Positions 9,602 to 19,685 of a stretch of 64,000 nt of DNA are shown piece after piece. The stretch is from the NCBI GenBank assembly GCA_965116925.1, contig OZ220744.1, positions 3,136,001 to 3,200,000 on the forward strand. Direction: 5' to 3'. A program made the translations under genes and the position numbers. The DNA is from Candidatus Poribacteria bacterium (GTDB lineage: Bacteria > Poribacteria > WGA-4E > PCPOR2b). The notes under the pieces were generated by a model. The model had not been told where the DNA came from. It ran no database searches and saw only the letters and a list, made by a program, of their open reading frames with translations. Position 1 is the first letter of the stretch, and the number at the start of each line of letters is the position of its first letter.

Positions 9602-10711
9602 TTAATAAGATGCCTCATAAAGTTCTAGTAACTCAACTGCGCCGACTGGTCGTGGGTTGAATTTCCCGGTCCACTCCTTAGATGCTGCTTCCGCCAGTTG
9701 GGGCAGATCTGTCCGCTGAATCTCAAAATCCCTTAACCGCTCCGGTAGTCCCGCCACCGCTTTTAATTCGGAAACGCGTTCATGCAATGACGAAGGATAT
9801 AATTCCTGATAAAGCGTACTCACCGCTTGGCTGTTAAAGCGGGTAACACTAGGCAGCATTAACCCGACCGCAACACCGTGCGTGATGTCATATCTGGCGG
9901 TCAAAGGATTTGCGCAGGCGTGTGCGGCACCGAGCATCGAGTTCTCTATCGCAGCACCCGCCAAATGCGCCCCCAAAAGCATTCGGCTCCGGGCTTCTAT
10001 ATTTTCTGGGTCCCTGACCACAGCTTCAAAACTCGTTTCCAGCAAGCGCCACGCCTCTTTGGCAAACATCTGAGAGATAGGATTTCGCCGTGTGCAGACA
10101 TAGCTTTCCACCGCGTGGGAAATAGCATCAATACCTGTAGCAGCTGTTACCCCCTCCGGGGTGGTTGCCGTCAAAACCGGATCGAGAATAACCGTGCGGA
10201 ATCGAGCTTTCTTGTCACCGCACGCCATCTTCTGATGCGTACCCGCTTGCGAGATTAAGGCGAAAGACTGCGCTTCGCTGCCGGTGCCTGCGGTTGTCGG
10301 GATACCAATGGAAGGGAGCATCGGCTTAGTCGCTTTGTCCACACCCCAATAGTCCTCCATCCGTCCGCCGTTTGTCAAGATGAAGTTAATTCCTTTGGCG
10401 CAATCCATCGCGCTTCCACCGCCAAGCCCGATGAGGAGGTCAATCCCTCCCCAATCTGTTGCAAACTGTGCGCCATCTGCGACATGGCGGCTTGTCGGGT
10501 TTTCCGCGGCTCCATCAAACACGAATGCCTCCAGACACGCCGCTTTCAGAGAATCGAGTGCCCTGTCCGATATGCCTGCCCTAATGATACCGGGATCGGT
10601 GACGAGCAGCACCCGTGTACCCCCTAGTTCTCTCGCCAGGTCGCCTAACTGGTCTAAACTGTTTTCACCGAAAACGATACGGGTGCTGGATTGGAAATCA
10701 AATGATTGCAT
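9602..10711 (-). CDS. Iron-containing alcohol dehydrogenase
   Basis: GGGSAMDCAK, PTTAGTGSE, DAISHAVE, H..A......HG. Confidence 0.93.
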   Translation of the reverse strand: MQSFDFQSSTRIVFGENSLDQLGDLARELGGTRVLLVTDPGIIRAGISDRALDSLKAACLEAFVFDGAAENPTSRHVADGAQFATDWGGIDLLIGLGGGSAMDCAKGINFILTNGGRMEDYWGVDKATKPMLPSIGIPTTAGTGSEAQSFALISQAGTHQKMACGDKKARFRTVILDPVLTATTPEGVTAATGIDAISHAVESYVCTRRNPISQMFAKEAWRLLETSFEAVVRDPENIEARSRMLLGAHLAGAAIENSMLGAAHACANPLTARYDITHGVAVGLMLPSVTRFNSQAVSTLYQELYPSSLHERVSELKAVAGLPERLRDFEIQRTDLPQLAEAASKEWTGKFNPRPVGAVELLELYEASY

Positions 10712-10737
10712 TTTGTGTAAAACGTCAGAATCACAGA

Positions 10738-11478
10738 TTAATCAAACGGTCGCGCTGCTCGAATCTGCTTAACCTGCTCAGCGATCTCGTCGGCGGAAGC
10801 GTCTAGCATCCGCTCCCCCTTTTCAGCGGTTGCAGGTCGTGGGTCACCAACGCCACCATGCCGAGTCCGCTGATCGAAGCGGTAGTAGGAGGCCATCCCC
10901 GGCACCCGCATCCCGTCGCGCTCCCCGTCGGGATCTAATCGATCTGTGCGAACGAGGCTCGGATCGATTGCCATAATCATACAGGTCTCGGTCTCACCGG
11001 CATGACCCGATCCCGCGCTACCTAACTCACGAATCTCATCAAGTGCCCCACCCCACGCCCAACGGGAATAAAATTCAGCACCGCTATCGCCGTAACGCTC
11101 CATCAAACGCTGGAGAAGGACCGAGATATTCGAGCCGTTACCGCCGTGACTGTTCTGGATGAAAATCTTCTTGAAGCCGTGTCCTACCATCGAAGCGACG
11201 ATATCCATCATCAGCAGCAGATGGGTTTCAGATATGGCACTGATGGTGCCAGGATACCGTATGTGGTGCTGAGAGTATCCGAGCCACTGCATCGGCAAAA
11301 CCAGAACATCGTCCGGGCAGCGTTCATGGACACGACGCGCTACCTCCTGTCCAATCAAGCTGTCCGTAAATACCGGCAGGTGAAGGCTATGTTGTTCACA
11401 AGATGCCACCGGCATCAACACGACAATATCGCGTGGCAGGGCATCAACTTCGGGTGAGGTCATTTCTGCTAAGATCAT
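10738..11478 (-). CDS. Creatininase family amidohydrolase
   Basis: EQHSLHLP..TD, NSHGGN, HAGETET. Confidence 0.9.
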   Translation of the reverse strand: MILAEMTSPEVDALPRDIVVLMPVASCEQHSLHLPVFTDSLIGQEVARRVHERCPDDVLVLPMQWLGYSQHHIRYPGTISAISETHLLLMMDIVASMVGHGFKKIFIQNSHGGNGSNISVLLQRLMERYGDSGAEFYSRWAWGGALDEIRELGSAGSGHAGETETCMIMAIDPSLVRTDRLDPDGERDGMRVPGMASYYRFDQRTRHGGVGDPRPATAEKGERMLDASADEIAEQVKQIRAARPFD

Positions 11479-11493
11479 AGATTTTTCTCCTGA

Positions 11494-12063
11494 CTAAGGA
11501 TTTTGTAATTCTTCAGCATGGCTCAAAAGGGTTTCAAGAAGATCTGTCACACTCAATTCTCGCGCCCACTTCCATAAATACGCTTTGTCCAACCTTTGCC
11601 ATTGAACAATTGCAACTCCAAGGGCATCACTAAATTGACGCTCTGACTGACTCTCTTTTGACCATTCTAACTTACTCAAGATAGCATCCTCTGGAGAGAT
11701 AACAGAAACCTGAATCCCCAGCATATTTGCAGCTATCCGTCTCCTAAATTCTTCCAAACTAAATGCACGGTCTTTACGAATAATGAAGTCCGCTTTTCCA
11801 CCGGTTTGATGGTCAATCACGTTGAACATAGACCGATTTTGAAGTGCTTCTTGCGCCACTTCTGGACTGACATAGTAACCTTCACTCAACGACTGAATAA
11901 AGGTTGTCAATTGCGCTACGGTAGGGACAATTACCAAATCTATATCATTAGTTGCTCGTGGTTCCCCATGTAGACTGCTTCCTAGCGATCCTGAAATCAT
12001 ATAGGGAATTCCGGCATCTTCCAATTTTGCTACGAGTCGCCCTAAGAAATCTGATTGGTTCAT
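11494..12063 (-). CDS. Nucleotidyltransferase-fold protein (putative toxin-antitoxin component)
   Basis: GSLGSSLHGEPRATNDIDL (GS..R.T.DxD), SPEDAILSKL; TAATG coupling to the upstream ORF. Confidence 0.7.
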   Translation of the reverse strand: MNQSDFLGRLVAKLEDAGIPYMISGSLGSSLHGEPRATNDIDLVIVPTVAQLTTFIQSLSEGYYVSPEVAQEALQNRSMFNVIDHQTGGKADFIIRKDRAFSLEEFRRRIAANMLGIQVSVISPEDAILSKLEWSKESQSERQFSDALGVAIVQWQRLDKAYLWKWARELSVTDLLETLLSHAEELQNP

Positions 12064-12362
12064 TAACTTCCGATCTCAATGTCAGGATAGGCTTGGCGGA
12101 ATAACTCGTCTCCTATCGCTATACGAATGGCAGCCAACCGCACCATATCCTCATCATAGTCAGGATGCCGTTGTCGAACACCAGATTCTATGATTGAGCG
12201 AAGTCCATCGCTTAACTCCATCGCCATACGGGCCCGACCTTCCATACCCATTTTACGGAAAATTGAAAACTGCACACGAGCAGCTTCTATCGTTGTATCT
12301 TTTGGCACGATTTCTAAGTGCATTTTATCCTCATGTCTATACGAATCGTTGTCACTATCCAC
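12063..12362 (-). CDS. Small hypothetical protein, partner of the nucleotidyltransferase
   Basis: DTTIEAARVQFSIFRKM..R..MA.ELS..GVRQRHP pattern; coupled to both neighbours. Confidence 0.65.
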   Translation of the reverse strand: MDSDNDSYRHEDKMHLEIVPKDTTIEAARVQFSIFRKMGMEGRARMAMELSDGLRSIIESGVRQRHPDYDEDMVRLAAIRIAIGDELFRQAYPDIEIGS

Positions 12363-13779
12363 GGTTCACTTGCAACGCCCGCTGTCGATAAAGAAAATCA
12401 AACAAATTCCCTTCATGCGGCTGATCCCAAGAAATCCGATTCGTCGAAATGGGACCTATATTCAGACGTTCCACCTCTGGAGAGCCGAGCAAATCATGGA
12501 TAAATCCCTCATCTTCTGTGACGGCAGTTACTACAAGGCTTGGACCGATACGATCCAATATCTCCCCTTGCGGAACCTCTACCACACTGACAAAGGGAAA
12601 TAGAAACTCCGTGTTTGCCAGTGGATGTTCCGAATCTTCACACCAGATAACAGTTGGACTGAGGAAGGTGCAGCCCGCTTCTTCAACCACTCGTCCTCCA
12701 TCTCGATATTTGGCTGTCAGGTCCGTTGCACCGGGAACCTTCAGTTGGTTGTCGATAAGTCCTGAAATCCCCTCGGCGACTTTCGGATTGGTGAAAGCAG
12801 CAATTTCGGCGTCCGGATCGTCTAACGGCTTTGGGGTAATCTCTGCCAAGCATTTCGCCAATGCCTCTGCGATTTCACGTCCGTGTGATGGAACCCAGAC
12901 GCCGGAGGCGTTGATGCAAGACCGTCCACCATTTTCAGCGATCGAACTGACCATAAGATCGAGATATTCTTCCCACCGTGAAACCCTGTCCTTGGCGATA
13001 ATAACTTTACTCCGCCCCGGTCCGTGAATCTGCACGTTGCGATTCGCCTGCCACGGCGCCACCGTCGAACCCCCGCCAAACAGCAGCGATCTGCCGCACT
13101 GAAGTAGGATTTCTGCAGCCCCCGAATAATCCGTGGGGTAGAATCCAAACGCTTGAGGAGGACAACCCGCCTCGATGAGAGCCTGCGCGATACGAAAAGG
13201 TGTCCACGGTTCCTCACTGCCGGGCTTGAGAACAAGCGGCGTTTTCAGTGGAATCGCCGGCAGCCAAAGAGAATGTACGCCGGGGGAATTGCTCGGAAGC
13301 ACCGCCCCCAATGTGTCAGTTTGGGGAACGTAACTCAGCGGACGTTCGTTTTGAGTGCCCCAGCCAGAATCCATAATGGACAAATCTAATCCACGGGTCA
13401 GTCCATCCAAGACCTCCTCCATTTCGTCCAAAACCAACCAAATCTTACCCATATTGTTGCGGCAGAGACTTTGTGGCAAGCCCGTTGTTCCAGAGACCTG
13501 CTGAATATAGTCATTGGGCGATTGCAGCGTATCGTCCAAAGGTAGTTTCGATTCCATAAAAAGGTTGGCTGCTTTTTTACACATCGCCAAGAGTTCTGAC
13601 ACAGACAGATCTTCGAGGACCTGCTTGTTCTCCTTGGCTTGGTGCAGATCTTTTGCAATCAACCCACGATTTGCCTGACTCACAACTGCAAGCGGTTCGC
13701 CTGTTTGGATATGTGATACATGGCTCAGATTCAAACTTTTATAGGAAAGTCCAGCCCGCAAAATCGGAATGTGTATCAT
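12355..13779 (-). CDS. Aldehyde dehydrogenase-fold protein (GriD/EhpG/LuxC-like reductase)
   Basis: VLPSNSP, LKPG, HGPGRSK, catalytic GRSCINAS, EFLFPF. Confidence 0.85.
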   Translation of the reverse strand: MIHIPILRAGLSYKSLNLSHVSHIQTGEPLAVVSQANRGLIAKDLHQAKENKQVLEDLSVSELLAMCKKAANLFMESKLPLDDTLQSPNDYIQQVSGTTGLPQSLCRNNMGKIWLVLDEMEEVLDGLTRGLDLSIMDSGWGTQNERPLSYVPQTDTLGAVLPSNSPGVHSLWLPAIPLKTPLVLKPGSEEPWTPFRIAQALIEAGCPPQAFGFYPTDYSGAAEILLQCGRSLLFGGGSTVAPWQANRNVQIHGPGRSKVIIAKDRVSRWEEYLDLMVSSIAENGGRSCINASGVWVPSHGREIAEALAKCLAEITPKPLDDPDAEIAAFTNPKVAEGISGLIDNQLKVPGATDLTAKYRDGGRVVEEAGCTFLSPTVIWCEDSEHPLANTEFLFPFVSVVEVPQGEILDRIGPSLVVTAVTEDEGFIHDLLGSPEVERLNIGPISTNRISWDQPHEGNLFDFLYRQRALQVNRG

Positions 13780-13943
13780 GGTGAATAGATCCTGTGTATA
13801 TAGATTTAAGACTTACGCAGCTGGTCTATAAGTCCCCCTGACAAGGGGGATTTAGGGGGTTAAGAAGAAAAAAGCTTGCGCTGCGTGCTGAATTTGCGTA
13901 AGCACTGTAGATTCAGGTCTGTTTTTTGCCCATTAGCTGGTTA

Positions 13944-15692
13944 CTAAGCCGCGCGAGCTTGAGCTGCCGCCACAGCCTCCACAAGTCGGAATTGCTTCGC
14001 CGCACGTCCGCCCTCTGGTACACCTAACGGTAAGCGCACATTCAGGAGAAATGGACGATTCTCCCCCTCAACCACATTCAACCCATGCTCAATCGCCGCA
14101 GCAAGCCGAGATTCATCTTGGACGTGCATACCGTCCACACCAAATCCGTCAGCGAGCTTCACTGGATCGATGCCGTCTAAAACAACGCCGGCATATTCCC
14201 CAGTCTCCTTCATCACCCCATTTGCGCGTCCAAAGGATGAAGCGACGACGCCGTAGGATTGGTTGTTGGAGATAATGTAAAGAACCGGCACGCCATGATG
14301 CGCTGCTGTCCAAAGCCCCGAATCTGCGTAGAACATTGAACCGTCACCGACCAACCCGACAACCGGCTTGTCGGGTGCTGCCAATTTCAAACCAACCGCC
14401 CCACCAATACCGTAGCCCTCAGACCCACCAGCAGCTCGAATATACACATTCTTGCCGCCGCCATCAGGCCCACCGACGGTGTCCAAAGGAACCACATACT
14501 GCTCAATCATCACCATCCCACCGCCACGGCGTTCTAAGGCTTTGTCGAGGACATCCGCAACCAGCCACGGTCGAACCTGGTTCGGTTGCGCTTCACCCCG
14601 TTGTGTCTCCTTTAGCCGTTGTGTACGAAGTGCGGCGGCGCGTTCGTGTGCCCAAGCGCGACGTTCGACAAACTGTTTTGGCGGATGGCTCGACGCCAAT
14701 TCCGCTAACCGCTCGAAGGTCCGACACTCATCCGCCAAAATCGCCAGATCTATATTTGGTATGTTCTTAACATTTTCAATATCCGGACCAATAGCGATGA
14801 CCTTTTTCGCTCTGGAAAATGTGCCGAAATCACCCGGTCTCCCACCGCCCCCATGCCGCATACCGATACAAACGATCAGGTCAGGCTGAAGGGCACTTGC
14901 CGCCTGATCCATCCGTCCGCAGTTGAGTTTATGTGTTGTTGAGATACCTCTACCCCAACTTCCGACGAAGGGAACACCAAAATGTTCAGCGAGGGCGGAG
15001 ACTTGGGCTTCTGCGCCGCTTTTCCAAACGCCATCCCCAATATAAAACAGAGGGGACTTCGCATCGCACAAAGCAGATTCAAGCTTCTCGACATCGCTAT
15101 CTGAAGGATAACCTGCATGGAGATCTGGGAGTTCGCCCTCAATAATGTTCGTAGTAATCTCTTCGGGACCAAGCACCCGATCATAGACAGCGAGGTGGAC
15201 AGGTCCCACCGGCGGCGTTTTGGCGACCAGTAAAGCCCGATGAATCGCTTGCGAAAGTCCGTCGGGTTCAATCACTGTCCAATTTTGCTTCGTAAAAGGC
15301 GCAGCGATGGAGGTCGGCCCGAAGTCATGGCTCAGATCGAGTCCAATCCGATCGGCGTAGCTGCCGGTATCTCCCGCAAAGGTGATAACCACCACAGGCA
15401 GACTACCCGCCCAAACGTTGATGAGCTGCCCCAAGCACTGGGCAAGCCCCGCACCGAGATGGACCAACATCACCCCCGGATCGAGGTTTGCCTGCGTATA
15501 ACCACCTGCCTGTGCCGCAACGCTGCCCTCATGGAGTGCCAAGATGCCGTGTATATCGGGGTGCACATGCAGCGCATCGAAAAAAAGTGCCTCGCGTGAG
15601 CCTGAATTATTAAACACATATTTCACACCCGATGCCGCCAATTGTTCAACCATAACCTGAGATGGATTCGCCGTAATAGGCCTCATCTGCAT
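13944..15692 (-). CDS. Thiamine pyrophosphate-dependent enzyme (benzoylformate decarboxylase/ALS-like)
   Basis: LHEGSV..A.GY, GPVHL, GDGS...NNQSYG TPP motif. Confidence 0.88.
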   Translation of the reverse strand: MQMRPITANPSQVMVEQLAASGVKYVFNNSGSREALFFDALHVHPDIHGILALHEGSVAAQAGGYTQANLDPGVMLVHLGAGLAQCLGQLINVWAGSLPVVVITFAGDTGSYADRIGLDLSHDFGPTSIAAPFTKQNWTVIEPDGLSQAIHRALLVAKTPPVGPVHLAVYDRVLGPEEITTNIIEGELPDLHAGYPSDSDVEKLESALCDAKSPLFYIGDGVWKSGAEAQVSALAEHFGVPFVGSWGRGISTTHKLNCGRMDQAASALQPDLIVCIGMRHGGGGRPGDFGTFSRAKKVIAIGPDIENVKNIPNIDLAILADECRTFERLAELASSHPPKQFVERRAWAHERAAALRTQRLKETQRGEAQPNQVRPWLVADVLDKALERRGGGMVMIEQYVVPLDTVGGPDGGGKNVYIRAAGGSEGYGIGGAVGLKLAAPDKPVVGLVGDGSMFYADSGLWTAAHHGVPVLYIISNNQSYGVVASSFGRANGVMKETGEYAGVVLDGIDPVKLADGFGVDGMHVQDESRLAAAIEHGLNVVEGENRPFLLNVRLPLGVPEGGRAAKQFRLVEAVAAAQARAA

Positions 15693-15760
15693 AAAATATT
15701 ACCTCGCTTTCTTTGTCTATTTGAAGCATGAAACATGATGCGTAAAAGTAGCCCAGAAAT

Positions 15761-16720
15761 TCAGATTTTGATTAACCAATCACACAACGAAACAACCTGA
15801 GTTTCATTGGTTAAATTGGCACTGTTCGATAGTGTGCGATTTTCTAGTTGCTGATAAATTTCTTTAGCCATAGCAGTTTCTATGGCTGCACCTATAAAAA
15901 AAGTCTTAGGGAAACAATTTCTATCTGAGAAAGCTGTTCTGATTCTAGCCAATGCCGAGTTTGCTGTTTTCCAATGTTCATCTGCCCCCGCTGGATCAAT
16001 GCCACCTTTTAGCTCACCGAGGGCAAGATATTTGTCTGGTTTGTGATGTGCTGAATCCCTATGGCCTCCAAATATTATCTCGTTTGGTGAACAGTCGAAT
16101 AGACAGAAATCTACATTTTTTCTTACTGTTGGTACAGTTAAGTTGCAGATCAAGGTTCGTTCATTTCCCTGAGATACCCAACGCAATCCTTTCAGCCTCC
16201 TCTCTATTTCTATCTCAGTATTTGGAGTTGCCCAATTTTTACTCTCTGAATCAAGATATTCAAAATCCACACCGCTCACCGAACATGTGGACATAAGGAT
16301 TCTCATAAATCGCCACTCACCTAATTTGCCCCCTAAATTTCTCATGCGACCACCAAGAGAATCGCCTCTTGTAAGTAAGAAGCGGTAAACCAATTCATCG
16401 ACAAATGACTTACCTGAAGGTTCCAAGAAATTCTCAATTAACCCTTTGATTGCTGCTTTTTTATCCTTCCCTTGCAGGTGAGCCTCTGCCTTGTCAGAAA
16501 CTCCTGCGGCCGTAAGTAATGAATCTTGTATTTCACTTATCTCCAATAGTTCCTTTGGTGTTTTTGCTCTTGATGCGAATACTTTAAGGGCTTTAGCTTC
16601 TTCAACAAAAGGCGTTGCCGTTCTGTTTTTTTCTAACGCTAAAGCAATAAACCCCGCCCGCGTCTCTTCATAGGGGGTAATTAAATCTTTGTACGATTTC
16701 AGGTGATTATTAAACGGCAC
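15761..16720 (-). CDS. Type II restriction endonuclease, AvaI/BsoBI family
   Basis: TRAGFI.LALEKN, RGDSLGG.MRN, ELKGGIDPAGADEHWKTA. Confidence 0.9.
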   Translation of the reverse strand: MPFNNHLKSYKDLITPYEETRAGFIALALEKNRTATPFVEEAKALKVFASRAKTPKELLEISEIQDSLLTAAGVSDKAEAHLQGKDKKAAIKGLIENFLEPSGKSFVDELVYRFLLTRGDSLGGRMRNLGGKLGEWRFMRILMSTCSVSGVDFEYLDSESKNWATPNTEIEIERRLKGLRWVSQGNERTLICNLTVPTVRKNVDFCLFDCSPNEIIFGGHRDSAHHKPDKYLALGELKGGIDPAGADEHWKTANSALARIRTAFSDRNCFPKTFFIGAAIETAMAKEIYQQLENRTLSNSANLTNETQVVSLCDWLIKI

Positions 16721-18172
16721 TTACTGATCCTTTTTCCATACATAGACACACTTTCTCAACGCTTCACGTCCGTGCCTACCCATTTGTTGAGAGCTATTCC
16801 CCTTACCTTGAGGCAGAACAAGGATTTTTTCTATCTGAAATCCAATGTCTTCAGCTATTTTTGAGAGGATTGTATCTACAGATATTGCAGCACCCGCATA
16901 TCTTACATTGTCATTCACCATGAACATCATGCCATCTTTATCCAATACCCGGTAACATTCTTGGATAACACAAGCCATCTCATAAAAATAACCCCTCACC
17001 ATACGGGCAATTCCGCTGTTATTGAGTTCTTTTTTATCTCTTTTGTAATCCAAATAGTTCAATATCCCTTGCAATAAAGGTAAGCCATCACAAATGCCTA
17101 TAGCCATTTTCCATGTCGGATTTAAGTCAATGAGTGCTTTTGCTTTGTTTTCTACCGTGCAGCTTAACATCGCTTGTCGCAAGTTCGCTAATCCAATTTC
17201 ATTGACGCCAAGCAGTGCATGTTCTAAGGCATAAGTGCGTGTATAGTCGTAACGATTGCAGTAAGGGGGTGACGTAATTATCCCCGAATAAGCCCTACTT
17301 CCCAATTTCGACAGCACCTCTAAACATGAACCTTTTAATAAATTTACATCGCCTGCCTGTATATCCTCCTGCATAGATGAAAATAGATTGCCTTCGCCTT
17401 CCCCAAGGTTTATATCATCTTTTATTTCGTTTAGTTTTTCTAAAATGGCTTCATCAAATGGCAAAATTTTCCCTTTGTCGAAAGGGTTTTTACCATTTCT
17501 GCGTCCAGATCTGTAATCCCAGCGAAGGTACTGTCCATCTTTCCTTGTATAGCTTATTGACTCCAGAACGCATAGCAGGGCAAACAGTAGTGTTTCTTGT
17601 GTTTCTGAAGGTTCATTTTCCAACTCATTTAGATACCTTCCGATTTTGTAGTGCGTTTCTTGAGGATACGCGCCATGGGTTATGCGAAGTACTTCAAAAC
17701 CCTTAATTTCACCTTCAGCATTCCAAGGCTTTTGAAACAACCAGTTTTCTAATCCAGAAACAATGCTCTGTTTATTCGCCCCCCTGGCGAGCATATTTGC
17801 CTGTATGATTTTTTGCCCAATCGGTAAGAGTTCAATACCCTCAGAATGATAACCCAAAGAGGAGCAGACAAATAAAGCGGTCCCCGCGCCCGCAAAGGGA
17901 TCTAGTATTTTCCCTTCCACCACCCTATACTTACGAAAAAGATACTCCACTAAATCCGCAGAAAACGCCTCTTTGTATTTGTACCATCTATAGTATGTAC
18001 GAGCTTTATTCGCTTGGAAGCTGACCAGTTTTCTGGTCAAAGCATTATCAACGATGAGCGTATCGGGAAAATATTCGGCGAGGGATTTATCGAGTACCTC
18101 TATTTGTCCCAAAAGGATATCGTCTTCGGTGGTTTCGGACCACTCAATCTCTTGGATGGCATCAACTAACAT
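16721..18172 (-). CDS. N4-cytosine DNA methyltransferase (M.AvaI/M.BsoBI-like)
   Basis: WYKYKEAFS, LDPFAGAGT (motif I), ITSPPYCN (motif IV); abuts the endonuclease. Confidence 0.9.
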   Translation of the reverse strand: MLVDAIQEIEWSETTEDDILLGQIEVLDKSLAEYFPDTLIVDNALTRKLVSFQANKARTYYRWYKYKEAFSADLVEYLFRKYRVVEGKILDPFAGAGTALFVCSSLGYHSEGIELLPIGQKIIQANMLARGANKQSIVSGLENWLFQKPWNAEGEIKGFEVLRITHGAYPQETHYKIGRYLNELENEPSETQETLLFALLCVLESISYTRKDGQYLRWDYRSGRRNGKNPFDKGKILPFDEAILEKLNEIKDDINLGEGEGNLFSSMQEDIQAGDVNLLKGSCLEVLSKLGSRAYSGIITSPPYCNRYDYTRTYALEHALLGVNEIGLANLRQAMLSCTVENKAKALIDLNPTWKMAIGICDGLPLLQGILNYLDYKRDKKELNNSGIARMVRGYFYEMACVIQECYRVLDKDGMMFMVNDNVRYAGAAISVDTILSKIAEDIGFQIEKILVLPQGKGNSSQQMGRHGREALRKCVYVWKKDQ

Positions 18173-18209
18173 TCGGCAAATATTCCCTTTTTTTAATAAT
18201 TACCTTTTT

Positions 18210-18324
18210 GGCTCATGTTAAGAATTCGTGCAAAAGCATTGACTTACCTCAAAAACCGTAGGCGGGGCATCTTGCCCCGCCGTCAACGCGTTCATCGTAA
18301 TTGCACTCCGTTTTTACATGAGCC
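18210..18324. mobile_element. MITE-like element carrying a REP hairpin, 8-bp target duplication
   Basis: GGCTCATGT...ACATGAGCC termini; ACCTTTTT on both sides (18202-18209, 18325-18332); internal GTAGGCGGGGCATCTTGCCCCGCC. Confidence 0.8.
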
Positions 18325-18446
18325 ACCTTTTTTACCACGTAACCCTCCAAACTCAGAAGCAATGGTATGGAACATGCCAAGTCTTTGTTCATAAGTCTTT
18401 TGGGTGGTTCAGAAATTTATGGGCCTCAATGAACCAAGTTTCCAAG

Positions 18447-19541
18447 TTAATACACTCCCACCACCACGGACTCCTGAAGTTCCGAGAGCAGTCGCAGATT
18501 CTCAACGCCGTCCCACGGATACTGTTCGATCGGTCGCGCCCGTTCTGCTTCATCTCTTTCGAGGAAACGTGGCATGAAAAACTCGTGCGTCAACGTGGTC
18601 AACATCACCCGCCCCGTTTCACCGTAGTCAACAAGTTCTTCAGGGTTATCGGGATTGACTAATTCAATGACAGCGCGGGGTTGCGGCGGATAGTAGATAA
18701 TTGCGTAATTATCGGCAGGGTCAAACGGCTTGCAACACGCCAAGCCCATGAGCGTGTTTCCATACGTCGGCATAAATTCAACCCCCGGCACCAACTCCTC
18801 ACGGGCAAAGCGGTGAAACTGGGCGTCCATCTCTGTCCCACCGCAAAAGATGCCTTTGATACCAGCCTTCGGTAGGGAGATCTTTTCGGACAACGCTTCA
18901 AGCAACTTCGGTGTTGTGAACAGACACTGGATATTATCGTGGGCACGTAAGATATTCAAGGCTTGATCAATAACGTGATTTTTATAGAGATCCAACTCCT
19001 GATGTTTTCCGTACTGAATCAATTTGTTCACCCAGCGCGGATCGAGATCGACGAGAAAGCAGATACCGCCTCGATGTTGTGCGAGGTATTCAACGGCGAG
19101 ACGAAGCCGTCGCGGACCCGAGGGGCCCAGCATCAGCCAATCGCCACCGGGCGGGAAGCTTTCATCGGGCAAGGTTTCGCTGAACATCTCGTAATCAATC
19201 TGGAAGTCACGGATACTGATGCGAGTCTTTGGAACGCCGGTGGATCCACCTGTTTCAAATACGTACACAGGTTGGTCTGCGTAACCTCTGGGCACCCACC
19301 GCCGCACCGGTCCACCGCGCAACCATTCATCCTGAAAATGTCCAAGCAGCTTTAAGTCGTCGTAGCTTCCTATTTTCTCACGAGGATCAAAATCGAGCGT
19401 CTCTGCAAATTCCAACCAAAACGGGGCACCGGTCTCTGGGCTGAAATGCCACTGAACAATTTCACGCACGTGGGCATCAAGCCGATCCCGTGCTTCTTCC
19501 GCTTTTTTAGATAATGATTGATTCAAAGTCTCCATAGTCAT
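18447..19541 (-). CDS. EhpF/GriC-like adenylate-forming enzyme
   Basis: WHFSPETGAPFW, FETGGSTGVPK P-loop, DLDPRWV, YGNT, ERD; short ANL-type protein. Confidence 0.75.
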   Translation of the reverse strand: MTMETLNQSLSKKAEEARDRLDAHVREIVQWHFSPETGAPFWLEFAETLDFDPREKIGSYDDLKLLGHFQDEWLRGGPVRRWVPRGYADQPVYVFETGGSTGVPKTRISIRDFQIDYEMFSETLPDESFPPGGDWLMLGPSGPRRLRLAVEYLAQHRGGICFLVDLDPRWVNKLIQYGKHQELDLYKNHVIDQALNILRAHDNIQCLFTTPKLLEALSEKISLPKAGIKGIFCGGTEMDAQFHRFAREELVPGVEFMPTYGNTLMGLACCKPFDPADNYAIIYYPPQPRAVIELVNPDNPEELVDYGETGRVMLTTLTHEFFMPRFLERDEAERARPIEQYPWDGVENLRLLSELQESVVVGVY

Positions 19542-19685
19542 AAATATATCCTATATGGTTCACGTAAAAAAAAGTGCAAAATACCAAAAGAAACCGTAGG
19601 CGGGGCATCTTGCCCCGCCCGTGCCAAAAACTTGGTTTCTGTTGCATGCTTTCTTAACATAAACCATCCTACTATAATGAGAGGC

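Noticed and set aside
6058..11478. Mycofactocin or PQQ biosynthesis (radical SAM plus creatininase plus PQQ-fold proteins)
   Set aside because: The radical SAM is HemN-like with no SPASM cysteines; no precursor peptide, PqqD/MftB chaperone or pqqBCE seen
18363..18378. GG-N10-GC sigma54-like motif on the + strand
   Set aside because: Weak match with no plus-strand gene downstream
12355..19541. Bioluminescence luxCE or phenazine biosynthesis
   Set aside because: No luxAB/luxD or phz core genes in the window; only the adenylase and reductase folds are shared
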